A stretch of 62,681 bases of DNA, counting the filler, from Rhabdomonas costata (lineage: Eukaryota): the NCBI GenBank assembly GCA_019059605.1. It is 15 parts of 15 records of this genome, joined end to end, with 100 filler letters (N's around TTAATTAATTAA, not from the genome) between each part and the next. Parts side by side here need not be neighbours in the genome. Positions count along the whole stretch, not along the records: positions 25,177 to 29,254 come from JAHMHO010000370.1; positions 29,355 to 33,446 come from JAHMHO010000371.1; positions 33,547 to 37,620 come from JAHMHO010000372.1; positions 37,721 to 41,803 come from JAHMHO010000373.1; 11 more parts are not named here. One strand, given 5' to 3'. Each line of letters opens with the position of its first letter. The stretch's first letter is position 1. The translations under genes were made by a program, and so were the position numbers. Under the pieces are notes generated by a model. It was given only the letters and a program-made list of their open reading frames with translations. It was not told the origin of the DNA and searched no databases. Shown piece by piece: positions 26,054 through 38,613 of the stretch.

Positions 26054-27588
26054 GAGTCCGTTATTTTCCTTCACACGAACGGGAACTCTTTCTGTTGGAG
26101 CTGCCGTGAATACCATTTCAGAGCTACTTTTGGGCATGCACCCACCTGGGTGAATGGCGAAACGTTAGCGTTTTTTATTTAGCCTTTGAATGCAAAGCTT
26201 GGAATTGGAATGTACAGCTCAATACAATACAGGTTGCGTGACCAAATTTGTGCGGACTCTGGCAGGCTTGGGTTTTCGCTAAATTTCGATGTATGCTGGC
26301 GTGAGGTGAGATTTTTTGGTGTGTGCTTTGGCATTGTCCAGAAAGTTCCTCCTGCTAACTTGCCATGTAGTGCAATTTTGAATTATCGACATGTAGGGGC
26401 AGGTCATGTGGGAAAAATTGACTCAGGCCTACCGCTGCATTTGCCTCTGAACTCTTCTGAAACGTGACGTTTGAACACGGTAACTGGAAGGAAGCAGACA
26501 ACGAGATACTCAGGCACAGAATAAAAATAAAGATATGAACAAACTGTTGGTCAAAAATTGCTTCACACACGAAGCGCGCAGAAATATGTACATTATCAGC
26601 TGCCCATGCTACTTGACAATGTCTTCTGCTGAAGGTACGACAACACTATCACCCAATCAGATCTACAAAAAGGATTTCACTTCATTTTTTCCGCTGGGTG
26701 TCCAGCTTCAAATATACTTGTCTTGTCGATGAACCTGGAAATGCAAGAGCTGAGCTTCGTGGCGTTTTCTGCGTAAATGCACCCTGTGCACCCACACATA
26801 CATCTGACAGAACTTCCTTTTCTTCTTCCATTACGGTCCAATGAATGTGTGAATGTGTTTCAGTTGCTTTTTTTTTCGAACAACCTCGAAAAATGAAGTC
26901 AACAATATCTTCCAAACGTCTGGCATCCGCTGGATTGTTGGGCGACCTGCAGGTGGAACAAGCACTGAGCTGCGGTCATTCAGGCACAATGCACTCTTTG
27001 AGGAGTTAATGTTGGCGAAAAGACGACGTGTAGAACACACCTGGAAATCCTGAATGTTGCAGGTACAACAGTCCAGAGAAAGCGTACCGCTGTCGTTGTG
27101 GAGGGCAAGGTGCAGCTACCTGTCATTCTTCCTGGCTGAAGCACTCTCGGGTGCTGTACACTGTGACCGGAGACCAAATCCGATCATCTTGTACGCTGTG
27201 CAGGGCGATGTAGATTTCAGGAGTTGCCGTTGTATTCGAAGTAGCCTCCATAAATGCTCTGGTAGGGAGTTGACCAGCTGTTGACCATGCCCTTCTGCAG
27301 TGGAGCACTTTCTTTGCTGCTCCCGTGTGAGGAGACATTTTGGAAAGAAGAAAGGCGGTGACCTCACTTGGCAGGCCGGAGCACGCGGAGTTGGCAGCTG
27401 CCCAGCACGGCCCCCGCCCGCACCTCCCGGTGCCCGCTCACCCGGGGAGCCCACTTCGCGCACAACGGCGCTTGGCCAGAAATCGCAAACATCCGCAGAG
27501 GCAAAGCCGCAGAGAGCAGTCGCTGCTTAGAAAAGGCACACCCACCGACACCTGCAACAGAGGGCGCAGGAAAGACAAAGCGCAGCAC

Positions 27589-27791
27589 CCGTCCAGGGTG
27601 TGCCCGTTGAGGGCACCGATGGCTTGCTGAGCTTCCTCGGGGCTACTGAAGTTCACCAGGCCCGCACCACCACCAGGCAAGAGTTTCACGGAGACGACAG
27701 TCCCGTACGTCCCGAAGAGAGAGTTCAGGTCTGCGTCGGTGAAGGTCGGGGGCAGGCTGCCCACCCAAAGGTTGGTGTTGCCCGAGGCCAT
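27589..27791 (-). CDS. RRM-domain RNA-binding protein, probable first coding exon
   Basis: MASGNTNLWVGSLP (RNP2) PTFTDADLNSLFGTYGTVVSVKLL..GAGLVNF (RNP1) SSPEEAQQAIGALNG, followed by a GT donor. Confidence 0.88.
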
Positions 27792-29689
27792 GCCGAGAGG
27801 ACAGAAAGAAACAAAAGGAGGGAACCTGAAGCCAAGCAGATTCAATTGACAATAAGGTACCGGAACAAAGGAGCGTCAAAAACAAGTTCCTTGCGCATAA
27901 CATCCAAGCCCATACGACTTCCACCATAGGTGCAGAGCAAAAAAAAATGGAAGCACCGCTCCTAGTGAACCAAAGTATCCACTTTCCAGAGGTGTTCAGC
28001 CGCATGAGTTAGGTGCCTCATATTGTCACCATTTCCAAATCAGAAGGGCTCCGGCCCAAAGCTATTATGGGGGGGTCAGGCCCATCCTTCCGAAAATCCA
28101 TTGAAGGTTGGGAGGTAATGCCAGTCACACAATACACCTTCCGACACAAAATGGAAGAGACCAGGTTCTCTCCCCTGAAGGCGCCGAAGGCGGGTTCTCA
28201 CCCACTGCCCGGCAGGGAGGAGGAATGCGTCCTGAATGTAGATATTCAGGTTTCATGGCCTCTGGTCAACGGATCATTCCTTATGTGAGTACCATCGGAA
28301 AGGAAATGCTACCGAGCTCAACCTGTGCCCAAAGCAATGAGCTCGTGCAACCCAAACCTTCCACTTGGTTTCCAGCGTTAGCAATGCGAGGTGCTGAACA
28401 CCGATATAGATGAACGTGCCCAGGTTCTGAGGGAGCAGGCTGCCGCCGCAGAAGCCCATTTGGAAAAAGATGAGAGAGGGTGGGAGAAAAAAGACTGGAG
28501 GCCCAGTGATGCACACAGAAGGTGAAGGAGAGGCGCCAGCAGTGGGAGCTGGTGTGCTGCAATGAACGGTCTCAAACGTGATTTACACAGGGAGAAGGGG
28601 TGGTGTTCTGTCCAAAATCAGAAGGTTCTCTCCCGATGTAAAATACCCCCGACAGCCCCAGTGGACGACCCCCATTTCTGCAACGTGTACGCACAAGAGA
28701 CTATGACGCAGGGGGAACCCGCTGCATGACGCGGGGCACCCTCCTGCCATTTTTGTGCTGCGAAAAATCAGAAGTGCAGTAGGGTGTGGCAGGAAGTTCC
28801 CACAACCTCCAAGCAAAACACACACTCGCGAGGACGACTGGATGACTGGTGTGCCTCAAACGGGCGGAATTGCACGAAGGGCTAAACTTCCGGTCAGAAA
28901 AAACTCTGATGATGAAGCACTCAAAGAAAAGCAATGCGGTGATGGGAGGGGACAAGGGCAAGTTGGAGGGGTTGCAGTGTTCTTTGTGGGAGGGAGGCTG
29001 CAGCGGAGCGGACGTGCTCTTCTTGATGAGGGGGGGGGTTGCGTTGGGAGGTTGAGAAAGAGTAAGAAGGAGAACGAGAAAGCATATGACACTGGCACAA
29101 TGTGTAAACACATAAGAGCAGGAGGGGGTCAGTATCTCCACAGGCGCCCTCGCGCCCGCAAGGGGGACGATCTGACCTGACCTGGCGAAATAACGAGGTA
29201 CAGGAGTATTGGGTGCATCACAGAAAAGTCTGGCCACCAAGATCTGAACGTGGCNNNNNNNNNNNNNNNNNNNNNNNNNNNNNNNNNNNNNNNNNNNNTT
29301 AATTAATTAANNNNNNNNNNNNNNNNNNNNNNNNNNNNNNNNNNNNNNNNNNNNTTTGTTGGGTAGTGAGCTGTGAAATTATCGTGAAGTCGGCTGTCCA
29401 AGAGGTAGAGTGGGCTACGGTGACTGTTTTTAGACCAACTGCGCTTGCTGAAGAAGAGATCTCTGGGATAAATAATATAGCGGCTCATTTAGTTTTGCTT
29501 GAATATGCTTGTCCGGAAAGATGTCTGGGATGATGGCTGTGTCATGTTGTGTCAGATAGGCTGTAAGCGCCTTCCGTAGCTTTTCCTCGTGCGCTGCGGC
29601 TTGGACTCCAAATTCTATTGTCTTTTTGGCCGTGTTCTCCGTGGTTATGAGGCGTGCATCTGGTCCGACAGTTGTGGGATCACGGAGCC

Positions 29690-31340
29690 AAATGCCTCAG
29701 CGGCAAAGAGGGAGTGTTTCATGTTGACAGGTTGCGTCGTCAAGGATGGAAGCTGCAGAATGGGTCATAGGGTCCGGCGTATTCCTGTGGCGCAGTGGAC
29801 CGCGAGGCCCTGCGAAAGTGGCCTGTGTTGAATGGCTTGGAGCTCCAATTCCACGCGGCAGGAACTTGCGCTGAGTCGAATTAGCTGCAGTGCTTGAGCA
29901 CAAACATCAATGTCCAATGTCGGCACCTTGTACAGGCGAGTTCGGATTCCAGCCAGAGATACTGGAGTCTTTTCCGCGATCGAAACCCGAGGTAGCACCA
30001 CTTGTCGTGGTCCGGGGATGTAGAATCATGACTTCAAGATGTGTGGCAGAGCTAGAGTCACCACAGAACTCCAGTTGCACAGGCGCGGTCCAAGAAAACG
30101 CATCTTGGTTGCTCGTGGCACCAGGAAGCCCGGGTTGTAAGCCCATGGGAGTGGTTATGGACACCTTGCATACAGCATGACAGGTGGATGGATTTGAAAG
30201 CGTTCTTAGTGTCCACCTTGACAATCACGTTGGGGATGTCATGGCTTAGGTCCGCTGCCCAGATTCTAACTGTAATATTGCTTCCTGCGACCATTGAAAT
30301 GTCGTCCAACACCCACCTGAGTGGCTGAAGTTTTTCGAGGCCGAAACCGTACTTCAAAAAGGTTGACTTGGCGATGAGTTATCGAAGCACCTCTCCAACC
30401 ACAACCGGCCGGATTCCACCGTACTTCTTCCGGACTGGCGCTAGTTGGCCACCGCTGAGGTAGGGCTGCAGGATGAGCGGTAGGCTGCCTGCCACGGCTC
30501 TGTTGGCGAGGGATGTAAGGGCGCCAGTAAGGTTGTCCTCGATGGACATCTTCTTTTCCTCAACGATGGCACGGGGTGCTCTGTGCGGAGCCCAGAAGAG
30601 CCGTGGGCAAGAGTGTCAAGCAACACCTTGTGCAGGGTCTTGGCATCGAGGTCCACGTCGGGGCAGCTGAGAAGAATGGAGGCTTGTGTCCAATCGCTGG
30701 GCAGGCGGGAAGAGTTTGTTAATACCACCACGTTCTCAACAGTGTGCTCTGCAATTCCATGAGAACTCAGCTTTGCATGTAAATGATGTCGCATACCGGA
30801 TAGCTCTGCAATTCGCTTGGATTCTCTTGGTATTAGTCAGACAGGCTGTTTTTGTTTATCGGGACGTTGGCGCTTGGGTTGGATTGAAGTTGTTCCGGCT
30901 TAACGAATTCCCAGAGCCCCGTAAATTGTGCAGAAATCCAGTCTCGGATGCGGGCCCGCATGTTTCGTCTGAATGCCTCTTGCCTAACGTGGCTGCCTCT
31001 TATAGGTGCCACTAGTAGTGCATTAGTTTCAATAAAAACGGCAGCCATGGAAGTCTCCGATGGAAAGAGCGATATGTTGGCTGGCGTTGTAATAATAATT
31101 TTCACTTGCAAAGGGCGGATTTCTGCCGGTACAACATGTATTGTGTGTCATGAGCTTCCTCAGCAAGTGAGGGGAAGAGCCTGTTGGCGAACTTTTCATT
31201 GCGGCTGACTCCAGAGACTGGCTCCAGCGTTCCTGATGCCCTAGGTAATTGTTGCGCTGTTGTTGCAGGCTCCTGATGAGGCTGGGTGATGCTGGAGGTA
31301 GATCCAGGGAAGGGGCTGTGGAAGTGGTCGGTTCCATATC
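29690..31340 (-). mobile_element. Degenerate CRE/SLACS-like non-LTR retrotransposon reverse transcriptase
   Basis: GSSGLRTEH; GQLAPVRKKYGGIRPVVVGEVLR*LIAK (~30450-30370); VIVKVDTKNAFKSI; WCHEQP; catalytic-like SILDDAT (~29740). Multiple stops and frameshifts. Confidence 0.85.
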
Positions 31341-32459
31341 TTCGCCATTTGCTGGGTCATTGGACGAGAGCTGCCGCTGAAGATAAGTACGTTCTGTCCA
31401 ATCAATGAGAATACGACCTTGAAGGAACCCCGATTGGCGCGTTTTAGAGATCTCTTTGTGGGTACCNNNNNNNNNNNNNNNNNNNNNNNNNNNNNNNNNN
31501 NNNNNNNNNNNNNNNNNNNNNNNNNNNNNNNNNNNNNNNNNNNNNNNNNNNNNNNNNNNNNNNNNNNNNNNNNNNNNNNNNNNNNNNNNNNNNNNNNNNN
31601 NNNNNNNNNNNNNNNNNNNNNNNNNNNNNNNNNNNNNNNNNNNNNNNNNNNNNNNNNNNNNNNNNNNNNNNNNNNNNNNNNNNNNNNNNNNNNNNNNNNN
31701 NNNNNNNNNNNNNNNNNNNNNNNNNNNNNNNNNNNNNNNNNNNNNNNNNNNNNNNNNNNNNNNNNNNNNNNNNNNNNNNNNNNNNNNNNNNNNNNNNNNN
31801 NNNNNNNNNNNNNNNNNNNNNNNNNNNNNNNNNNNNNNNNNNNNNNNNNNNNNNNNNNNNNNNNNNNNNNAAAGAGACTTCTCTGCCCCTCAAATGCCGT
31901 GGTGTGTGGTTTATATTACCGCACTCATTCTTGTCATTACTATCTTTGCACACGGGGACAGTGGCGGAGATGTCGTTTTAAGCATCTCACCTGACATGTG
32001 GTGAAGAAAGTTTCCAGACACATCAAGCGAAATGAGAAACAACTTTGCACCTGTGTTAAAGTCAAGCATCGCTTCGCTGGATATTGCGCAAACAGTGGGG
32101 GGAAAGCCGTGAACGGAAAGAAGGCAAAGACCTCCAAAAATCGACTTAGTCAGCCATCCGGACATGCGTGTAGCTTCCTGCGAATTGGAAGAGAGTGACA
32201 CCTTACACCCCCACCCCCTTTCCCGTTCAAAGTGTGGGAGTAACAATACACGGAGGCACTTCCAACCATCACCTTGCCCCACCGTGTACGAGACCCCGAA
32301 CAACATTATCAACGCGGGCTTCTTCAGATGCACAACAAGTGCTGTCAAGACATGACAGAAGTGGACAGAAAGGACGGAGAGAGAGCATCTTAAACACGTG
32401 CAACCTAACCCGGTGGAGAATGACTCAGACAAACCTATCACGCTGTTCCTAGGCATCAG

Positions 32460-33330
32460 ATCTTAACATGACATCCCTCACTCTGCCTCTGGGTTCACCG
32501 TGGCAGCGTGTTGCGCATCTTGGCCTCACGTGGCAAGGAGTGAATGACATCACGACATCCCCCGGTCGCTCGGTCCACCACAAGATGGCCCTTGCTCCTC
32601 AGACGACATCATGACCCTTATTACCGTGGCTCAGATGGTCCTTATCGTCACCTGGGCATGGACCAGGTGCTGCTACCACACCCAACGTCACCAGCAAAGC
32701 CAGACTGACAACACCGGGTGATGCATAGCCCCTTGCTGTGATGGCTGGGTCTGTCGTAGCTCCTTGGTCACTACACACAACCACCGTAGGAGTAGCGTAA
32801 CCCAACCCCTATGCGGCACATTGTGGGGGTTAGGTCACAACTACCACAATGGGTTGACGAGTAGCCCTTAACACACCTTGTGATGAGATGGCGTACTGTG
32901 TGGGGTTCGGCAGGGTCACCAGCATCACCATCAACCCCATCAACACAAGGGTAGCCATGACATGACACCATGACGAACCTTATGCCTACGGTGCTGAGGG
33001 TGAGGGTTGGGTTGGAGCGGCCCTGACCACCACCACACAGCCCATGACATCACCATACTGGGTAGAGCGCTAACCCTACACCTAACGCAGAGTGCCATAG
33101 GGATAGGCAGCCAATACACTACCCATACAGCCCATACACCAGGGTTGGGTTAGCCTCCACATCCAGTCCATAGCCCACCATGTGACGTATGACACTACTA
33201 CCATGGTAACCACGCCCATGGGTTGGTGTACATAGCCATCATGTTGCTATGGTGGTGTGTCCTACCACTGACTGAGGCCATAACGCAGTGTCCATCAAGG
33301 GTTACATCATGTTTCAGATGTTCACATACT
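32460..33330. repeat. Diverged low-complexity/satellite-like tract
   Basis: Recurrent catgacatc/catgacacc, cagcccat and taacccaaccct-like words with no coherent ORF. Confidence 0.45.
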
Positions 33331-33546
33331 CACACTCACACACTCACACCAGAGCCGCGGCGTTTGTTTCCCGCTGAAAAAGAAAAGAAAGCAAAAAGTC
33401 ATAGGAATCACACGTCATAGGAATGCACTGGTCTCGAACGAGAAGGNNNNNNNNNNNNNNNNNNNNNNNNNNNNNNNNNNNNNNNNNNNNTTAATTAATT
33501 AANNNNNNNNNNNNNNNNNNNNNNNNNNNNNNNNNNNNNNNNNNNN

Positions 33547-36500
33547 CGCTTAAAGTAGTTCTCAGAAACTAGACTATCCCCAGGCAGAGGTCCGACGCAC
33601 TGACGCCCAAAAAGACGAAACGTTCCCGCAGCGTAAAACTGTTTTGCGCTGGACACGTCTGCCAAGCTATCCAGAGACCAGAACAGCGGGGTCTCCCCGT
33701 CGCGGCTGAATGCCACGTCAACAAACTTCTCCATCTCAACCTCCTGCTCTTGTTCCTGCTCCTGAGCTTGCTCCTGCTCTTTCTCTTGGCTTTCCTCCTG
33801 CGCCAGGTTCTCGGCCATCTGGTGGTTACACGATTCTCCGGCTTCATGAAGAATGGCATCAATGCTTTCCGAACATTCAGTAGAAGTGAAATCTTTAAAA
33901 GCCTTCCGCTTCTCCAGGATCAACCCAGCCACTGTATGGGGTCGGGGAACATCGGTGGGGATGTCGAAGCACAGAGGCTCGAGGAAGACCTTTAGCATCT
34001 GCTCGGCCTCGCGAACAGCTGCCCCCATGCCTATCCCTTCTGGTTCTCTGGCCTCAAGCACGTACCTCCATGAGTCCAGTAGCTTCTGAAAAGCCAGCTT
34101 TCGCCACTCGTTGTTGGCGTTCTGAAGGTGCAGCTGAGCAACCTGAGTCTTCTCAGAGATGATCTGGTTGAGCACTAGCCACGCCACGATTTTGGGAGGA
34201 CCAAGCTCTTTCTGACCTTCCGCACAGCAGGATAATTCCTGACTCACCAGCTCGCTCAATTCCGGAATCACCAGCAGCTGGATGGTTTGCCCCTTTCCAA
34301 TGCCTCTCATTCGGTAAGCTCCTTGTGCAAAGTCCCGAAAGGTCATGTCCTTGCCCAACGTCAGGACTGCCACCGCTGTAGGGGGGTGGTGAATATCCAT
34401 CCCTGTGGTGTGAATCTGGTCATAGTATACAAAACGACGTTCCATAGGAACCCCGCATTCCTCCAGAGAGACCACCTTTCCCCCGCTTTTGAGTATGGCC
34501 ATCTTCTTGTCGTCTGTATCGAGATAAACTACGGCCTCCGCGTCAACACCTTCATTTAACAGCCACTCAGCCACTTCCCAGTTGGACAGGCCAGTGACTA
34601 AGGCCCCAGTATCAATTAGAGCTCGAATTGAAGGGTCTCTCGCCTTGGCAACCAATCGGAGAATTTTCTCCGGGTTCCAATCCATTTTCGAATCCCAAGG
34701 GAAGACCGTCACAATCTGAGAGTTGGTGAGGGTGCAAACCACCTCACCGTCCACCCCGCTTTCAAACCAATTCTTCGAGTCGTTCTCCTCATACAGGTCC
34801 CTGGGAACGAGATGGCTGGGCGTACCCGAAAAGCCGACCCTGCTGCCAAACAGGACCTTGCCGCCAACATCCTGTCCAGATGCGCTAAGCTTCTGCTCCT
34901 GGTAGAGCATAAATCTGGGGAAGATCTGAAATGAAGGGAAGTGGGCACATAAATGGAACAATTTGTGAGCACAAGCCACTCCAAAGTGTAAAGTCCTCCT
35001 GCTTATGCGTTTCTCTGTCAAAACCAGTTACACAGATGGATGCCCCTTTCTTTATCCTGGGTGTAAATGGACAAAAACGTCGCAATGGTCAACTTTACAA
35101 AAACGAATGTATGTGGCTCGAAAGGTGGTGTCTTTTGCTTATTATTAATTCGATTTAGCTTTTGGCCTGTCAAGAATCTCAGTTACCTTGACACAGCGAC
35201 AAAAAAGGGAGGGAAAACGGTATGCACCTTTTGGTCTAGGTACCACAAGATAACGCTGGCGTGCTTCTGGAAGAGGGCGAAAATTGCATCGTGGTGTTCA
35301 GGGTTGATGGGATCATACATCCAAAGGGGGACCACTCTTTCGAACGAAGCTTTCCGGTGCCCTTTATTCTTGGAAGGAAGCTCTACTGCATCAACTTCGG
35401 AATCCTGAAGGCTCCGCTCAACATGTTCACTCATTTCCTCCCCTGATATCGGTTGTGCTGGTTTCTGGGGTAAGCAGGCCCCTGCTTGGAGAACTTTGCA
35501 GCCCGCGGCAGCCACCCACGTTTCAAACACCACACAGGATGGCTTCTTGCTCGCCTGGCCCGCCCCACAGCTGAAGTTCTGCAGCAAGGCAGCCATTATG
35601 TCTCTGAAGTCCGACTCCCGAAGCCCATCGTAGCGGTACGACAAGACTGTCATCCCAATTACAATGTCAGGGTGCGCAAACTCTGACGCCGGTGAGGGAG
35701 TGTCCTTCCCGATAAAAGGGACAGCGAGAAATCTGCGGGTCTGTGGCATTCGAGGGTCTGCAGATAACGCCTTCCTGACATCTTGGGCGGACATCAGCCC
35801 AAAGGAGACTCGGTTGATGTTGGACAGTACATGGGGAAGGAAGGAGCACAACCAGCTCCGCGACAGGTTCACCAGCTTACGATGAATGGTTAGCGGTCCG
35901 AGGTCAGCAAGTGATGATTCCTTTGCATTCGTAATATATTTTTCAATTTCGTCCTCAGGAAGTCCATCGACGTCCTGCATCTTCACCCACATCATCACCC
36001 ATTTAGCGATGCAGGCCTTTAATTCGGAGTCGTAGAACATCTTCTTCAAAAGTATCAAGTGTGGTACACGTTGCAGGGAGCGGCTGGTCAGACCAGCGAT
36101 AAGCTTTTCGTGCAGAGCTTCCAGCAACGCCGCGGCAGAGCTGTGCTCCCCTTTCCTTGGCGTACATTTGCCGTCAAACGCACGGAGTAAGCCGTCGATA
36201 ATGTGAAAGGGAAGCCGCCAACGGGCTTCTTTGTAGTCCAACGGGGACTTCTCGCCGAGAGGGAAGTTCAGCTCGCTCCTTAGCGGGTGCAGGATCATGT
36301 CAACCTCGTCCATGAGGCATTTTCCCTCCCGAAAGAGCGTCAGGCAGCTTTGCAGATCGTCAACGTTCCACAAGGAACTTCCGTCAACGGAGCACTGATA
36401 GACGTCCTCCACAAATCGCAATTGCAGAGACTTCACCGCAGTCGGGGTAGTCAGGATAACCCCACCGCTATCCTTTACCCGGCGCAGCTTTTGTAAAAGC

Positions 36501-37620
36501 CTGGGGTCGTAGTCCGACGCCCTCTCAAAGGCAAACGTGCATACCGTTTTTTGCAGACATCCGGAAAATGTGACCTGCAGCTGACGCAGGGACATGTCCA
36601 TGAGGGCAGAAGGCACCACCAAAATCACTAAGTGCTTTCCTTGAGCCAGCTTCAGGCAGGAAAGGGGTGAAACCACAGCCGTCTTACCGGCGCCCATGAT
36701 CATTTGACGAATGGATGACTTCCCCCTGCCCAGAATCCCGACAATGTCGTCGATCAGTTCCACTTGTCGTGGCCTGAGGAAAATCGATCGCATGTACTCA
36801 AATACTAAGTACGTAGGATCGAAGATGAAAGATTGCCCAGAGAGGCGAACATAGGTTCGTTCTGAAGTCAAAACGGAGGCCAAAAGCTCTGCCTTCTGAG
36901 AAGCAGCAGCGGCAAAGGAAGCTACCAACTGCGGTGCTTTCTGCGCCACAGAATCTAAAATATCGACTGTGGTTGGGCCGTTTTGGTGGTCCCAATGAGG
37001 GCTTTTCCGGCACAGCGACAGAAGCTCCTCACAAAGAACAATGGCTCGGTTGGTGAGGTAAACTCTCACGGCGAAAAAAAGTGTTAGACAGCACAATTCC
37101 AATATTGCCCGACACTGCCGGTGACTGAGGAACTTGTTTATCTTTTCAAGTTCCCGCTGATGCTGAGAAGAAAGTAGAGCCGAAACCAGGTAGGGCCAAG
37201 TCAAGGTCAGCTCACCTCCGGACATTTGATCAAGCATGAATCGCTCTTTTTCGAGGTCCAACGGGTCCTGCCCGCTTTGGCTCAACAGCACAGTATTGGC
37301 ACCCATGGAACAAGTCTGGGTGCCAAATGTCGTCAGACGTAAATCTTCGTCTCGAAGCCGCACCAAGTCTGTCAAGAGCGCGCTGACGCCTTGGCACCGC
37401 ACTTCCATCTCGCTCCTGGAAGCAGCAACCAATGCCTGAGGCTGAAAGCCAGCAATGGTATATATGACCAGGTTTTCGCGTTTCCTCTGGTACGCATCAA
37501 CGTCCTCCTTGAGCCGCTTTATCAGCTCTTTAGCAGCAAACGACTGAGCTGATCGGTGAGCGGACAAGTCAAAAGGAAGCGGCTTTGCCGCGCCTCCCTG
37601 CAGGGGGACCAACACCACAC
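33547..37620 (-). CDS. Large DUF3638/DUF3645-containing protein with SF2 helicase-like P-loop motifs, partial (exons 37620-35228, 34925-33547)
   Basis: IRQMIMGAGKTAVVSPL (Walker A-like), LMDEVDMILHPLRSELNFPLG (Walker B-like), LAVPFIGKDTPSPASEFAHPD (DUF3645 signature), GFSGTP, ALIDTGAL, YYDQIHTTGMDI, DFAQGAYRMR (motif VI-like), EQEQEQEVE. GT-AG intron 35227-34926 joins in frame (DQK|IFPRFM). Confidence 0.88.
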
Positions 37621-38613
37621 NNNNNNNNNNNNNNNNNNNNNNNNNNNNNNNNNNNNNNNNNNNNTTAATTAATTAANNNNNNNNNNNNNNNNNNNNNNNN
37701 NNNNNNNNNNNNNNNNNNNNGGGGTTGGTGTTCATTCGCTACTCGCCGCTTGGCTTCCACCACGTTGCAAACATGGACGACCATTGGCTTTCCTTTTTGT
37801 GACAGTATCTCTCCGGGTATTACATCCTGCAGTCCGCGGCCTCCTTTCTGCCCGTGCTGGCTCTCGACCCCCAGGGTACCGTTTCTGCTCCTCCCTTTAC
37901 TCTAAGTTATTGACGCAGCGCGTGCTGTGCAGGTCCCTCTTGTGCAGGTTTTATACCACCTTCATTCCTTGGTTGTTGAAAAATGAATCCGAAAAACACG
38001 TGAAGTTGCTGCGTCACTGTGTGCTTTATTTCGACACCCTCTGGATCAATCACTTTTTGCCCGACCCCTGGTTAAGTTGGTTTAAGTAATCATATACCAT
38101 GTTCTTTCCGAGCTGAAGCAGCTGCTTTGCTGGAGATGGGTTGAGGGGACATGTTCCCATGGTCCACTTTTTCTCTTTGGATGTCATCTGCTCATAGGTT
38201 CCATACCTTTCTCTTTCCTTCTTTCTAAGTCCTTTTGTCACTCTTTTTCTGTGGTGGTTGCTCTTTCGTCTCACCGGAAACAAAGAGCAAAAGGGGACGT
38301 CTTCAGTAGAAACAAAACCCAAAAAATGATTACACTCAGTAGTGTATGAGTACACTCATGCATCTTCACCCCCGTAGTTTGGACTGTCTTTCTTTCAGAC
38401 GACAAAAGTGCCGAGGTTCGACCGTGACTACCCATTAGACCAGTCTCTACCACTGCTTCCAACTGCGGCTCTGGGTTAATGGAAATGCCTTTCGAAGCCC
38501 TTAACCAGCAACACTCTGATCACAGCAAAAATACCTGAGCTCTGCGCTCGCCTAAAAATGGCAGCGTGCAACATCATATCATATGTTATTGAGTTCCTGG
38601 GCTTCCGCTGCAG

